Shown: piece by piece, positions 41,889 through 52,287 of the stretch
Numbering within the stretch: the first letter of the stretch is position 1
Layout: each line of letters starts with the position of its first letter
Assembly (NCBI GenBank): GCA_021738565.1
Contig: JAIPBT010000012.1
Coordinates: 36,843-100,842, forward strand
Direction: 5' to 3'
Length of the DNA stretch: 64,000 nucleotides
Source of the DNA: Bacteroidales bacterium
Lineage (GTDB): Bacteria; Bacteroidota; Bacteroidia; Bacteroidales; GCA-2748055
The notes under the pieces: model-generated
Database searches by the model: none
The model's input: only the letters and a program-made list of their open reading frames with translations
What the model was told of the DNA's origin: nothing
Program-made: the position numbers and the translations under genes

Positions 41889-42644
41889 TATAACATGATG
41901 TTGCCGTTGCCGGAACACCTCATATAGAATTACCCCGGCAGCAACCGATACATTAAGAGACGCTATCTTCCCTTTCAGTGGTATTGAGATCAAATGATCC
42001 GATCTGTAAAGGATAACAGGTGTTATACCTTTCTCTTCGGATCCAAGCAAAATTGCTGCCGGAACGGTAAAGTCGGTATCATACAAGGTTTTTTCTGCCT
42101 TTTCAGATGCAGCAAATATCTGGAGTCCGCTGCTTTTCAAATATTCAACCAATACTTTAAGATCGTCATGCCTGCAAACAGGGATGGTATGCAGGGCGCC
42201 GGCTGAAGTCTTGACAGCTTCTGCCGTTATCATGGCGCTTCCCTTGAAGGGCAGCACGATGGCATCCACCCCGGCACATTCCGCAGTACGTGCAATCGCT
42301 CCGAAATTCCTTACATCGGAAACCTGGTCAAGTATAAGTATCAACGGTGTTTTTCCGTGTTCAAAGATCCGGGGCAATATAAAATCAATATCGCTGTAGT
42401 TGATCTCCGAAACATAGGCGACCACCCCCTGGTGGTTCTTTCGTGTGATAGAATCAAGTTTTTCAATCGGAACATATTGAAATGGGATTTGCTCGGATTG
42501 CAGTCGACTGACCAGGTCCCGCATGATCTCACTGTTCACGGAGGAGGATTTCCTGACCAGAACCTTTTCAATCTCTCTACCTGCATCCAGGGCCTCGAGC
42601 ACAGGTCTTATCCCGAATATTACCTGTGGCTTTTGCTTTTTCAT
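41886..42644 (-). CDS. rlmB: 23S rRNA (Gm2251) 2'-O-methyltransferase
   Basis: IFGIRPVLEAL, NHQGVVA, LDQVSDVRNFGAIARTA, GSEEKGI, SLNVSVAAG. Confidence 0.93.
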   Translation of the reverse strand: MKKQKPQVIFGIRPVLEALDAGREIEKVLVRKSSSVNSEIMRDLVSRLQSEQIPFQYVPIEKLDSITRKNHQGVVAYVSEINYSDIDFILPRIFEHGKTPLILILDQVSDVRNFGAIARTAECAGVDAIVLPFKGSAMITAEAVKTSAGALHTIPVCRHDDLKVLVEYLKSSGLQIFAASEKAEKTLYDTDFTVPAAILLGSEEKGITPVILYRSDHLISIPLKGKIASLNVSVAAGVILYEVFRQRQHHVI

Positions 42645-42915
42645 TAGAAAATAATTAAGTTATACTATTAATATTCAATCTATTATATCTTTAAAAAACA
42701 GATGTCATAATCCTAATGCCATGGAACCCTCATGTTATTTTCATTATCTTTTGCGAACGATAGTGCATGAGGGCTTCATTAGAAAATAATTAAGTTATAC
42801 TATTAATATTCAGTCTATTATATCTTCAAAAAAACAGATGTCTTAATCCTAATGCCATGGAACCCTCATGTTATTTTCATTCCCTGTTGCGAACGTTGGT
42901 GCATGAGGGTTTCAC
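42640..42915. repeat. About 136-bp tandem duplication, each copy ending in a hairpin
   Basis: TTCATTAGAAAATAATTAAGTTATACTATTAATATTC...GGAACCCTCATG...CATGAGGG occurs twice (hairpins at 42721 and 42857). Confidence 0.88.
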
Positions 42916-43100
42916 CAGTATAGAATTCAGTTAAACATTTGTATTTCTTACAATTAAAAAATAAATGGTATTAAACCCCAGAGTAGAACTCTGGACACAA
43001 AAACGGAGTAGAACTCCGAGGAATTAAACCTAATCCTTCTCGTCCGCCGTAGCGAACGTGAAGGAGGATTCAAAAATATAACAATTTCGATATTGATATC

Positions 43101-43160
43101 GTGGAACCCTCATGTTATATTCATTCCCTGTTGTGAACGTTGGTGCATGAGGGTTTCATC
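43101..43160. repeat. Third copy of the GAACCCTCATG...CATGAGGGTTTC hairpin, abutting the GWxTD gene stop
   Basis: Near-identical to 42857-42916. Confidence 0.85.
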
Positions 43161-44442
43161 ATCTGTTAAATGAATATACTTTGCCTGTCCGCCAAGCACT
43201 TATGGCCGACGACCAGTATTGTAATGTTTCATAAGTCTTTTTCCAAACCATATCATGGTTGGTAAAAAGGCTTTGCTTTCGCTCAAAAACAAATTCAATG
43301 ACCCTGCCCTGGCGCTGGGATATGTAATACCACCGTTGCTCCTTTCCTGTATCCCGCATTCGGTCGGGAGGACCAAAAAGTATAAATATCATTCCCCTGT
43401 CTGTTTTCCATCCCTCATTATCAGCTGTAAAATACAAATTTGAGTAGAGCACCCTGTTGTAGTAGATCCGGATCAATTCCCTTGCCCTGTCCGGATAAGG
43501 ATTCAATTGCAGCCAAAAATCATCCACTGCCAGTTTCAGGTTCTCGCTCCTCTTCATATTTCTGTACTCCGCCAGCGTGGCAATATAGAAAAGAGGTTCC
43601 ATCAAACCCTTATCGGATTTAACCTGTGGGAAATCAGGACCAAAATTGTGAAGGGTGATCCCCTCCTTTATCAGGGAATCAACCCTTAAATGATACATGC
43701 CCCTGTCGGGAAGCGTAAAAACCAAACTATCACTAAAGGGAAGCACAATTGTTGTATCTAATCTATGACCAAAGGTATAACTTGAATCAGATTCCAGAAC
43801 GACAGGTCTTGGCAAATCATCTTCATCAGCAAATATATCAAGGTACATCGTATCAATCCCGAGGTTGCGGTAAACCAGTCGAAATCTTTCGCCCGGAACA
43901 AAATAGTTCAAAAATTTGGGATATGCTGTCCTTGCACCTATAACACTGAAGTTCTGTGCAGAATAGATGTTCCTCTTATCAATATACACATGTTTCAGTC
44001 CGAGCGCACCCCGGTTCTTATCTTTTGCCTCCAACCTGATCAGGTATTGTTTGCCGGATACTATTTCAAGCACCTTGGAAGCAAAATAGGCCGATCGTTC
44101 CTGGTCCCTTGCATTCAACTTCAGCGTAATCCTGGCTGAATCTATACGGTTTACAATCTCAGCCCTGTCGTCCAGTTCATAAAGCACATAATCGATGGTT
44201 ACCAACGCCCTGTACTCATTTTCAGGATTTGCCTGGTTAAACAGCAATTCTCCCGGATACAATCTTATGTAGAGGGATGTCATATCATCATTGAGATGGT
44301 AAAACTTGTAATCCGTATTCAAGGAAAACTCACTGGGATTGTACAACGAAGCAAATGATTCAGCAGGAACATCCAGGTTTTTTGTTGAAGAACAACCTGC
44401 AACCAGTGTCAATAAGAATACCAGGTAATAAAATCCTTTCAT
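43159..44442 (-). CDS. GWxTD domain lipoprotein
   Basis: LVAGC lipobox; VDDFW...YYNRVLYSNLYF...EGWKTDRGMIFILFGPPD. Confidence 0.88.
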   Translation of the reverse strand: MKGFYYLVFLLTLVAGCSSTKNLDVPAESFASLYNPSEFSLNTDYKFYHLNDDMTSLYIRLYPGELLFNQANPENEYRALVTIDYVLYELDDRAEIVNRIDSARITLKLNARDQERSAYFASKVLEIVSGKQYLIRLEAKDKNRGALGLKHVYIDKRNIYSAQNFSVIGARTAYPKFLNYFVPGERFRLVYRNLGIDTMYLDIFADEDDLPRPVVLESDSSYTFGHRLDTTIVLPFSDSLVFTLPDRGMYHLRVDSLIKEGITLHNFGPDFPQVKSDKGLMEPLFYIATLAEYRNMKRSENLKLAVDDFWLQLNPYPDRARELIRIYYNRVLYSNLYFTADNEGWKTDRGMIFILFGPPDRMRDTGKEQRWYYISQRQGRVIEFVFERKQSLFTNHDMVWKKTYETLQYWSSAISAWRTGKVYSFNR

Positions 44443-44472
44443 ACCATCATTGGATCAATCACTACAAAATAC

Positions 44473-46410
44473 TTAATTCCCATGACCTTTCAAACTATGG
44501 AGTTCATTTGATGCTTTTTCCCATTCCTTCATCAGCTGTTCATGCTTTTGCTGTTTTTCTCTGTAGGTATCAAAAACATTCTGATCACTTATCCGGTCGG
44601 GATCCTCCATCATCCTGTCCATATGCTCTATTTCACGCTCCAGACCATCAATTTTCTGCTCAAAAGCTTCCACCTTTTTCTCAACTTTTCGCAATTTCCT
44701 GTCACGCTTTTTCCGCTCCTCATATTCAATAACAGACCTCTTCTTACCGTTTTTTTGCTGCAGGGAAGTAGCGGTTTCCCTGCGTTCGATTTCACTAATG
44801 GTCCTGATGTTGCGTTTTTCAAGGAACTCAAAAATACCACCTGTATATTCTTTAACGGTTTTGTCCCTGAATTCATATACCTTATCAATCAATCCATCAA
44901 GGAATTCACGGTCATGTGACACAACAATCAATGTTCCATCGTATTGAAGCAATGCCTCTTTAAGTATATCCTTGGACCGCATATCCAGGTGGTTGGTCGG
45001 TTCATCCAGCACAAGAAAATTATAAGGCTGCATGATCATCACAGCAAGTGCAAGCCGCGACCTTTCCCCGCCCGACAGCACTTTAACTTTTTTGTCAATG
45101 TCTTCACCCCTGAAAAGAAAAGCGCCAAGGACATCCCTGATCTTCGTTCGCATATCCCCTGTAGCTATATTATCAACGGTTTCATAGACAGTTTTACCTT
45201 CATCCATCAGCTCATCCTGGTTCTGGGCAAAATAACCAAGTTCGGTATTATGACCTATCCTGAACTTCCCTTCGAAGCCCAGTTCTCCGACAATGATACG
45301 CGACAGGGTGGTCTTCCCCTCTCCATTGCGGCCTACGAAGGCTACCTTGTCGCCACGCTCGAGCACCAGATCCACATTGTGAAGCACCTCATTTGCTCCA
45401 TAGGCCTTGGACAGCCCTTCTGTTTCAACCACAATCCTTCCTGACCGCCTTGAGGGAGGAAACCTCAAATTCATCTCAAGGGTATCCTCCTGCTCAACTT
45501 CTATTTTATCGAGTTTCTGAAGTTGCTTGATCCGGGATTGAACCTGCACTGCCTTGGTCGCTTTGTAACGAAACCTGTCAATAAACTGTTCGGTATCCCG
45601 GATCATTTTCTGCTGGTTCACATATGCTGCCATTTGATGTTCGATGCGCTCCTGCTTTAGAGAAACATATTTTGAATAACCTACCCTGTAATCAAAGATC
45701 TTACCCAGTGAAAGATCCAGTGTCCGGTTTGTCAGGTTATCCAGGAACACCCGGTCGTGAGAAATAACAAGCACTCCCCCACCATAGGAAGCAAGGTAAT
45801 TCTCAAGCCATTGGATCGAATCGATGTCGAGGTGATTTGTTGGCTCGTCCAGCAAAATATAATCGGGTCTGCGCAGCAATATCTTTGCAAGTTCAATCCG
45901 CATCCTCCACCCACCTGAGAATTCTGACACCGGTCTGTCCATGTCGGAAGTGCGAAATCCCAGTCCGATGAGTGTCTGCTCAATAGCCGCATGTATGGTA
46001 TTTCCACCCAGGATCTCAAACCTGTCGTTAAGCGTGGTCTGCTTCTCGATCAATTTCATATAGGAATCAGAAGTGAAATCCCCCCTCTCTTCCATCTCCC
46101 TGGCCAGTTCGGCAATTCTCGCCTCCAATTGAAGGATATGATCAAATGCCTGCATCGTCTCTTCATACAAAGGTTTTGATCCCTGGTGTTTCATCTGCTG
46201 TGGAAGGTATCCGATTTCCGCTGCATCTGACCGCACAATCTGACCTTCATCCGGCTTATTATGGCCTGCAATGAGGTTCAGTATCGTGGTTTTTCCTGCT
46301 CCGTTGCGGCCCACCAGCCCCACCCTTTCTCCTTTGTTAAGCTGAAAAGAAACACCATCGAACAACACAAAGGCTCCGAACCGTATGGAAATATTATCAA
46401 CTGATATCAT
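44473..46410 (-). CDS. ABC-F family ATPase
   Basis: Two NBDs (GRNGAGKTT, FSGGW, LLDEPTNHLD; GRNGEGKTT, LSGGE, LDEPTNHLD), no TM, C-terminal coiled coil. Confidence 0.95.
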   Translation of the reverse strand: MISVDNISIRFGAFVLFDGVSFQLNKGERVGLVGRNGAGKTTILNLIAGHNKPDEGQIVRSDAAEIGYLPQQMKHQGSKPLYEETMQAFDHILQLEARIAELAREMEERGDFTSDSYMKLIEKQTTLNDRFEILGGNTIHAAIEQTLIGLGFRTSDMDRPVSEFSGGWRMRIELAKILLRRPDYILLDEPTNHLDIDSIQWLENYLASYGGGVLVISHDRVFLDNLTNRTLDLSLGKIFDYRVGYSKYVSLKQERIEHQMAAYVNQQKMIRDTEQFIDRFRYKATKAVQVQSRIKQLQKLDKIEVEQEDTLEMNLRFPPSRRSGRIVVETEGLSKAYGANEVLHNVDLVLERGDKVAFVGRNGEGKTTLSRIIVGELGFEGKFRIGHNTELGYFAQNQDELMDEGKTVYETVDNIATGDMRTKIRDVLGAFLFRGEDIDKKVKVLSGGERSRLALAVMIMQPYNFLVLDEPTNHLDMRSKDILKEALLQYDGTLIVVSHDREFLDGLIDKVYEFRDKTVKEYTGGIFEFLEKRNIRTISEIERRETATSLQQKNGKKRSVIEYEERKKRDRKLRKVEKKVEAFEQKIDGLEREIEHMDRMMEDPDRISDQNVFDTYREKQQKHEQLMKEWEKASNELHSLKGHGN

Positions 46411-46588
46411 AAATTAAATATTCATTACCGGGTACGATCCTGTATCCATACCCCCACATTATACCATGCAAGGGTTGTTTTGTTTTCAACTTTCCTTTCA
46501 CACAAAATATTTACGTGTAATATTGTCTTCAATGTCAGTGAACAAATGAACAATAAAACTGTATTTTTATTAACAAAACAATCTAACG

Positions 46589-46804
46589 ATGAAAAATATG
46601 GTAACATTCTTAGTAATTGGATTGATCATCGGTATTATTCTTACTTCGGTGATTATATTTTTAAGTGCCACGTCAATGATGTTCAAGGAAAACAAAAGTA
46701 ATTATGATTTTGAAACTACACTCGGCGAGCTGGAAAAATCTGTTGAAAATGCCGGCTGGAAAATACCGCATGTTAAAACTGTATCAGGACCGATTCTTTA
46801 TTGA
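46589..46804 (+). pseudogene. Truncated DUF302-like protein (N-terminal third only)
   Basis: TM anchor then MMFKENKSNYDFETTLGELEKSVENAGWKIPHV, after which similarity to the expected HDLQ...ELC...MPC core stops. Confidence 0.6.
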
Positions 46805-46806
46805 AC

Positions 46807-48210
46807 ATGGGAAGAAAAAAATTACCCGTTTATACTGATGTGACCATTGAAGACATTGCCTCTGAAGGGAAATCACTGGCAAGGATCGATGACTTGGTCA
46901 TTTTTGTTAAGGGCCCTGTTCCCGGAGATGTCGTTGACCTTCAGGTGAAGCGAAAAAGAAAAAATTACCAGGAGGCTGTTGTAATGCGATATGTTCGTTA
47001 TTCTGAAAAACGAATTGATCCGTTCTGTGAGCATTTTGGCCTCTGCGGCGGATGCAAGTGGCAGCACCTTCCTTATGATAAACAATTGATTTATAAAGAG
47101 AAACAGGTCCTTAACGCAATACAAAGGATCGGAAAGACAGCTGTTGAAAGAATTGAACCCATTTTGGGATGCGATCAAACCACTTTTTACAGGAACAAAC
47201 TTGAATATACATTCTCCAATCACAGGTGGCTCACGAAGGATGAAACCCAAATCCAAAAAGATATAGCAAACAGAAATGGACTCGGATTCCATGTTCCGGG
47301 AAGATACGACAGGATCGTGGACATTCAGAAATGCCACCTCCAGGAAGATCCCAGCAATGAGATCAGAAACACAATAAAGGAGTATGCATTTTCTGAGAAC
47401 CTGAGCTTTTACGACCACAATACAAACGGGGGATTGCTGCGCAACCTGATCATAAGGACTTCAACCACAGGGGAAACAATGGTCATTCTCTCCGTACAAT
47501 ATGATCAGCCTGAAGTATATGAATTGCTCAGACACATTTACGAGAGGTTTCCAGCTCTCACAAGCCTCTTATATGTGATCAACCCGAAAAGAAATGAAAC
47601 CCTGTATGATCAGGATATCAAGGTATTCGAAGGCAGGGATCACATCATTGAAAAACTGGATGGACTGAAATTCAAGATCGGGCCAAAGTCTTTTTTCCAA
47701 ACAAATACCAGGCAGGCAGAACGATTGTATCAAAAAGCCAGGGTACTGGCAGGGCTAAAGGGGAAAGAGATCGTTTATGACCTGTATACCGGGACCGGTA
47801 CCATAGCAAATTTCCTGGCACCTTCCGCTGCAATGGTCGTTGGCATAGAATCTGTGCCCGAAGCTATCGAAGATGCCCGGGAGAACGCATCACTGAACAA
47901 CATCAGCAACACTGCTTTCTATACTGGTGATATGAAAGATATTTTCACTCCGGAACTGGTTTCAAAACATGGAAGACCTGATGTTATTGTTACCGATCCT
48001 CCCCGGGCGGGAATGCACCAGAAAGTGATAGAAAATATTCTTGATATCGCTCCTCCGAGGATCGTATATATAAGTTGCAATCCTTCAACACAGGCCAGGG
48101 ATGTAGCATTGATGACCGAAAAATACAAAATCACCGTCTCACAAGCCGTGGATATGTTCCCCCATACCCATCACATTGAGAATATTTTGCTGCTTGATAA
48201 AAAGGACTAA
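46807..48210 (+). CDS. rlmD: 23S rRNA m5U1939 methyltransferase (RlmD/RumA)
   Basis: TRAM domain, [55 protein letters not shown]. Confidence 0.93.
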   Translation: MGRKKLPVYTDVTIEDIASEGKSLARIDDLVIFVKGPVPGDVVDLQVKRKRKNYQEAVVMRYVRYSEKRIDPFCEHFGLCGGCKWQHLPYDKQLIYKEKQVLNAIQRIGKTAVERIEPILGCDQTTFYRNKLEYTFSNHRWLTKDETQIQKDIANRNGLGFHVPGRYDRIVDIQKCHLQEDPSNEIRNTIKEYAFSENLSFYDHNTNGGLLRNLIIRTSTTGETMVILSVQYDQPEVYELLRHIYERFPALTSLLYVINPKRNETLYDQDIKVFEGRDHIIEKLDGLKFKIGPKSFFQTNTRQAERLYQKARVLAGLKGKEIVYDLYTGTGTIANFLAPSAAMVVGIESVPEAIEDARENASLNNISNTAFYTGDMKDIFTPELVSKHGRPDVIVTDPPRAGMHQKVIENILDIAPPRIVYISCNPSTQARDVALMTEKYKITVSQAVDMFPHTHHIENILLLDKKD

Positions 48211-49943
48211 ACACCTTTTGGCAGTTTTTCATCCGGCCAGTCTTTTCTGAAATCAACCCAGTATTGTCCTATGGTGGACTTGATATCGCGCTGCAGGACA
48301 AGGATACCGAAAAGGTTCGGGATGGTCATTAATGCAATGGTAATGTATGACAGGTTCCAGACAATGGTCGTATCAGTGAACGATGCAAGGAAGAAGCCTG
48401 CCACATAAACCAATCTGTATACAAGCACATACCTGGGGCCAAACAGGTAGGTGACGGCCCTTCCCCCGTAATACGACCATGATATGGCCGTAGAAAAAGC
48501 AAACAAGAGCAGGCCTATGGCCACAATATACTGACCTGAATCCCCAAGGATGCTCCTTTTAAATGCTTCGGTAGTCAGTGCAGCACTGTGGATAAGCGAT
48601 CTTCCCCTGAAATATACATTGCTCTCCTCCAGGTCATTGGATGTAATATCCAGTCGACCTCTTCTAATGGGCAATGTACCGGTATAACGTTCATCTCCCG
48701 AATAAACGAATACATCCTCTGCAAAAGATTCAGCATGCAAAATGGTGATATTGCCTGATTCAATCGCCCCTTCCTTTACCGCCAGGGTTCCTTCAAATTG
48801 ACGGAGTAAAGTATCCTTACTGAAATACCTGCTCAACAATTCTACATTAGAAAAATCGGATTCATCATAATATCCCTCAAGTATTTCAAGATCCGCCTGT
48901 TCAAACTTATTGTCGATCTTTTCATTCCACACACCTGACGACAACAGTACAAGTCCTGTAATGGTGCATATTAAGATTGTGTCAATGAAAGGTTCAAGGA
49001 TGGCAACCATCCCTTCGGAGACAGGTTCCTGGGCCTTTGCAGCAGAGTGAGCAATGGGTGCCGAACCCTGGCCCGCCTCGTTGGAAAAAAGTCCGCGATT
49101 CACGCCCTTGTTGAATGTAAATGCAAACGATGCCCCCAAAAAGCCACCTATGGCAGCGGTTCCTGTAAAAGCATCAGTAAATATCGAAACAAATGACGAT
49201 CCGATATTCTGGTAATTGGTAGCAATAACAAGAATTGCTCCAACCAGGTAGATCAGGGCCATGGCCGGGACCAGCGTTGATGTAACCTTTGCAATGCGCT
49301 TGATACCTCCGATAATAACAAGTCCAAGCAGTACTGAAAGGACTGCCCCGGTTATTATATGCTCAATTCCAAAGGATTTGAACATGGCATCTGAAATGCT
49401 GTTGATCTGGGGCAAACTCCCTGTTCCAAACGAGGACAAAATAGTGGCAAATGCAAAAAATGCTCCGAGAACAGCGCCGGTTCGGATTATTTTTCCTGAC
49501 CTGGTTTTGATATTCAACCTTTTTTTCATGTAGTACATCGGACCTCCTGAAACGGTGCCGTCCGGAAGAATATCCCGGTATTTGTGTGAGATGGTCACCT
49601 CAACGAATTTGGTGCACATCCCAAGTACTGCAGTGATCAGCATCCAGAACAAAGCCGCCGGACCACCCAGGTGAATGGCAAGTGCAACCCCTGCAATATT
49701 ACCCGTACCAACGGTACCTGAAAGTGCCGTGGAGAGGGCCTGGAAGTGGGATGTGTCGCCAATGTCCTCTTTCCTGTCGAATTTTCCCCTGACAATCTTC
49801 AAGGCATGTCTGAAATACCTGACCTGAGGAAATCTCAGGAATACGGTGAAGAAGACCCCCGTAAAAAGCAAAAAGTATACAAACCACCAGTGTCCGCCAA
49901 GGAAATCATTCAACCCAATAAGAATTTCGTTGATCTTTTGCAT
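48207..49943 (-). CDS. Alanine/glycine:cation symporter (AGCS/AlsT family) with an extra soluble insertion
   Basis: [64 protein letters not shown]. Confidence 0.93.
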   Translation of the reverse strand: MQKINEILIGLNDFLGGHWWFVYFLLFTGVFFTVFLRFPQVRYFRHALKIVRGKFDRKEDIGDTSHFQALSTALSGTVGTGNIAGVALAIHLGGPAALFWMLITAVLGMCTKFVEVTISHKYRDILPDGTVSGGPMYYMKKRLNIKTRSGKIIRTGAVLGAFFAFATILSSFGTGSLPQINSISDAMFKSFGIEHIITGAVLSVLLGLVIIGGIKRIAKVTSTLVPAMALIYLVGAILVIATNYQNIGSSFVSIFTDAFTGTAAIGGFLGASFAFTFNKGVNRGLFSNEAGQGSAPIAHSAAKAQEPVSEGMVAILEPFIDTILICTITGLVLLSSGVWNEKIDNKFEQADLEILEGYYDESDFSNVELLSRYFSKDTLLRQFEGTLAVKEGAIESGNITILHAESFAEDVFVYSGDERYTGTLPIRRGRLDITSNDLEESNVYFRGRSLIHSAALTTEAFKRSILGDSGQYIVAIGLLLFAFSTAISWSYYGGRAVTYLFGPRYVLVYRLVYVAGFFLASFTDTTIVWNLSYITIALMTIPNLFGILVLQRDIKSTIGQYWVDFRKDWPDEKLPKGV

Positions 49944-49955
49944 GGAGCATTGTTT

Positions 49956-50013
49956 TAGCCTGAATTATTCACGAATTGATCTGTCACGAAAAACTCATGA
50001 ATAATTCAGGTTA
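49956..50013. repeat. TA-ended inverted repeat (mini-MITE/REP-like) in the symporter 5' UTR
   Basis: TAGCCTGAATTATTCA ... TGAATAATTCAGGTTA. Confidence 0.65.
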
Positions 50014-50243
50014 GGTTGTAGCATGCAAAAATAGCATTATTTACATATGAGCAACACAAGGAATTTCATTACAGATTCACAAATAAGACCTGGCAGCATC
50101 CCGGTACCCTTTTCAAATTGAATCTATACAATTACAAACATACCATTTACAGCGTAGACCAAAAAAACCATATGCCAGGATACCTGTATTGCACGCAAGG
50201 TTGTATTGAAATTTTTTTGCCGGAAAAATGAACAATTTAGGGA

Positions 50244-50290
50244 TATGTGACTTTAGTTACATACAGGCATCGCGGAACACCTTACTTTTG
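50244..50290 (+). promoter_or_regulatory. Crp/Fnr-like palindrome plus -7 box upstream of the thioredoxins
   Basis: TGTGA-N6-TTACA at 50246-50261; TACTTTTG at 50283-50290. Confidence 0.45.
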
Positions 50291-50337
50291 CACCAGTTAA
50301 TTATGATTGAAAACAGGTAACACTAAATTTAATAACC

Positions 50338-50697
50338 ATGAAACTAGAACATTTGACAGTTGATACTTTCAAACAAAAGATATTCAACTACGAAAACAGC
50401 AAAGACTGGAAATATGAGGGTGAGAAGCCTGCCATTATAGATTTCTATGCCGACTGGTGCGGGCCATGCAAGATTATTGCTCCCATCCTTGAAGAATTGA
50501 AAGAAGAATATGGTGATAAGCTCGATATCTACAAAGTAGATACTGAAGATCAGCGTGAATTAAGTACCATATTCGGAATTCAAAGCATCCCTTCACTGCT
50601 ATTTATTCCAAAAGAAGGTCAGCCTCAAATGGCCATGGGCGCATTGCCGAAGGAGACTTTCAAGCAGGCAATCTCTGAAGTTTTAAATGTAAATTAA
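50338..50697 (+). CDS. trxA: Thioredoxin
   Basis: IIDFYADWCGPCK, IQSIPSL. Confidence 0.92.
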   Translation: MKLEHLTVDTFKQKIFNYENSKDWKYEGEKPAIIDFYADWCGPCKIIAPILEELKEEYGDKLDIYKVDTEDQRELSTIFGIQSIPSLLFIPKEGQPQMAMGALPKETFKQAISEVLNVN

Positions 50698-50704
50698 TAC
50701 GATT

Positions 50705-51241
50705 ATGATGATACAGAAATATATAATGATCCTTGCTTTTGCCTCATTTTCAATAGCTGGGTGCAGCAACAGCACCGACAGCGGGAAAAGTGGATCCTCA
50801 AACTACGAACCTGCAATAGCAGCGAGCGATAAAGAACAGGAAGCAGGCAAAACCATCCACCTTACAAAAGCCGATTTCATTGAAAAGATCATGGATTACG
50901 AATCCAATCCTCAAGAATGGATTTACAAGGGTGACAAACCTGCAATTATTGATTTTTATGCAGATTGGTGCGGTCCATGTAAAACAGCAGCTCCGATACT
51001 TGAAGAACTGGCAGAGGAATACAAGGGTGATATCTATATTTACAAAATTGATACTGAGGTTGAGCAAGAGCTTGCCTCTGTATTTGGCATACGGAGCATT
51101 CCTGCCTTCCTTTTCATCCCTGAAGAGGGACGGCCTACCATGAGCAATGGAATAGCAAGAACAGCTGAAGAAACAAAGCAGATGTTCGTCAAACTGATCG
51201 ATGAACTGCTCCTTGGTGAGAACACACAGGAAAACCTCTGA
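50705..51241 (+). CDS. Thioredoxin-family lipoprotein (paralog of the upstream trx)
   Basis: IAGC lipobox, IIDFYADWCGPCK. Confidence 0.88.
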   Translation: MMIQKYIMILAFASFSIAGCSNSTDSGKSGSSNYEPAIAASDKEQEAGKTIHLTKADFIEKIMDYESNPQEWIYKGDKPAIIDFYADWCGPCKTAAPILEELAEEYKGDIYIYKIDTEVEQELASVFGIRSIPAFLFIPEEGRPTMSNGIARTAEETKQMFVKLIDELLLGENTQENL

Positions 51242-51321
51242 TCATGTTGTGATGAAACATTCCAATTGATGCAGGATTGATACACACTTTCGATCCCTGA
51301 TCCAGGTAAATTTATTTAATA

Positions 51322-51348
51322 AGAGCCGGTATTCACCGGTTTTTTTTA
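51322..51348 (+). terminator. Rho-independent terminator
   Basis: GCCGGT-ATTC-ACCGGT followed by T-run. Confidence 0.7.
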
Positions 51349-51394
51349 TTTAATACCCAAGAACTAAGTATCTTTATACAAACAATTATCATTC

Positions 51395-52237
51395 ATGAAG
51401 TATATTGGTGCACATGTCAGCGCAGCAGGAGGTGTCGAAAATGCGCCCTTGAATGCAAATAAAATCGGAGCCACGGCATTCGGACTTTTTACAAGGAATC
51501 AGCGTCAGTGGAATCCCAAACCGCTGACAAAAGAAAACATCATCAATTTTAAGAAAAATTGCGAAAGGTTCGGATATGGTCCCGGTCAAATTCTACCGCA
51601 TGACAGCTACCTCATCAATCTCGGGCACCCTGTGAAAGAAAACCTTCAAAAGTCAAGGGATGCCTTTCTGGATGAAATGAAACGGTGTGAGCTGCTGGGA
51701 ATAGACCGGCTTAACTTTCACCCGGGGAGCCATCTCAACCAGGTGTCTGAAGAAGAATGCCTTGGAACCATAGCCGAAAGTATCAACATCACCCTGGATC
51801 ATACCAAAGGAGTGACAGCGGTAATAGAGAACACAGCAGGTCAGGGAACCAACCTTGGGTATCAGTTTGAGCAAATTAAATACATTATTGAGCAGGTGGA
51901 AGACAAGGACCGCGTAGGAGTGTGCATCGATACATGCCATGCATATACAGCAGGGTATGACCTGAAGGATTTACAAGGATTCAATGATGTATTCACGGAG
52001 TTTGAACGGATCATTGGATTCGGGTATGTGAAAGGAATGCATCTGAACGATTCGAAAAAGGTTCTGGGGAGCAGAGTAGACAGGCATCACAGTATCGGCA
52101 AGGGTGAACTCGGGCTTGACCTCTTCAGTAACATTATGAATGACAGTAGGTTTGATAACATCCCGCTGATCCTTGAAACGCCTGATGATGCCCTTTGGAA
52201 GGATGAGATCCGCCAGTTAAAAGAGATGGCAAAATGA
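51395..52237 (+). CDS. nfo: Endonuclease IV
   Basis: [56 protein letters not shown]. Confidence 0.96.
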   Translation: MKYIGAHVSAAGGVENAPLNANKIGATAFGLFTRNQRQWNPKPLTKENIINFKKNCERFGYGPGQILPHDSYLINLGHPVKENLQKSRDAFLDEMKRCELLGIDRLNFHPGSHLNQVSEEECLGTIAESINITLDHTKGVTAVIENTAGQGTNLGYQFEQIKYIIEQVEDKDRVGVCIDTCHAYTAGYDLKDLQGFNDVFTEFERIIGFGYVKGMHLNDSKKVLGSRVDRHHSIGKGELGLDLFSNIMNDSRFDNIPLILETPDDALWKDEIRQLKEMAK

Positions 52238-52287
52238 ATCCCCCTGCATTGGAGCCTTAACATTACATATCATAAAATCAATTTATT

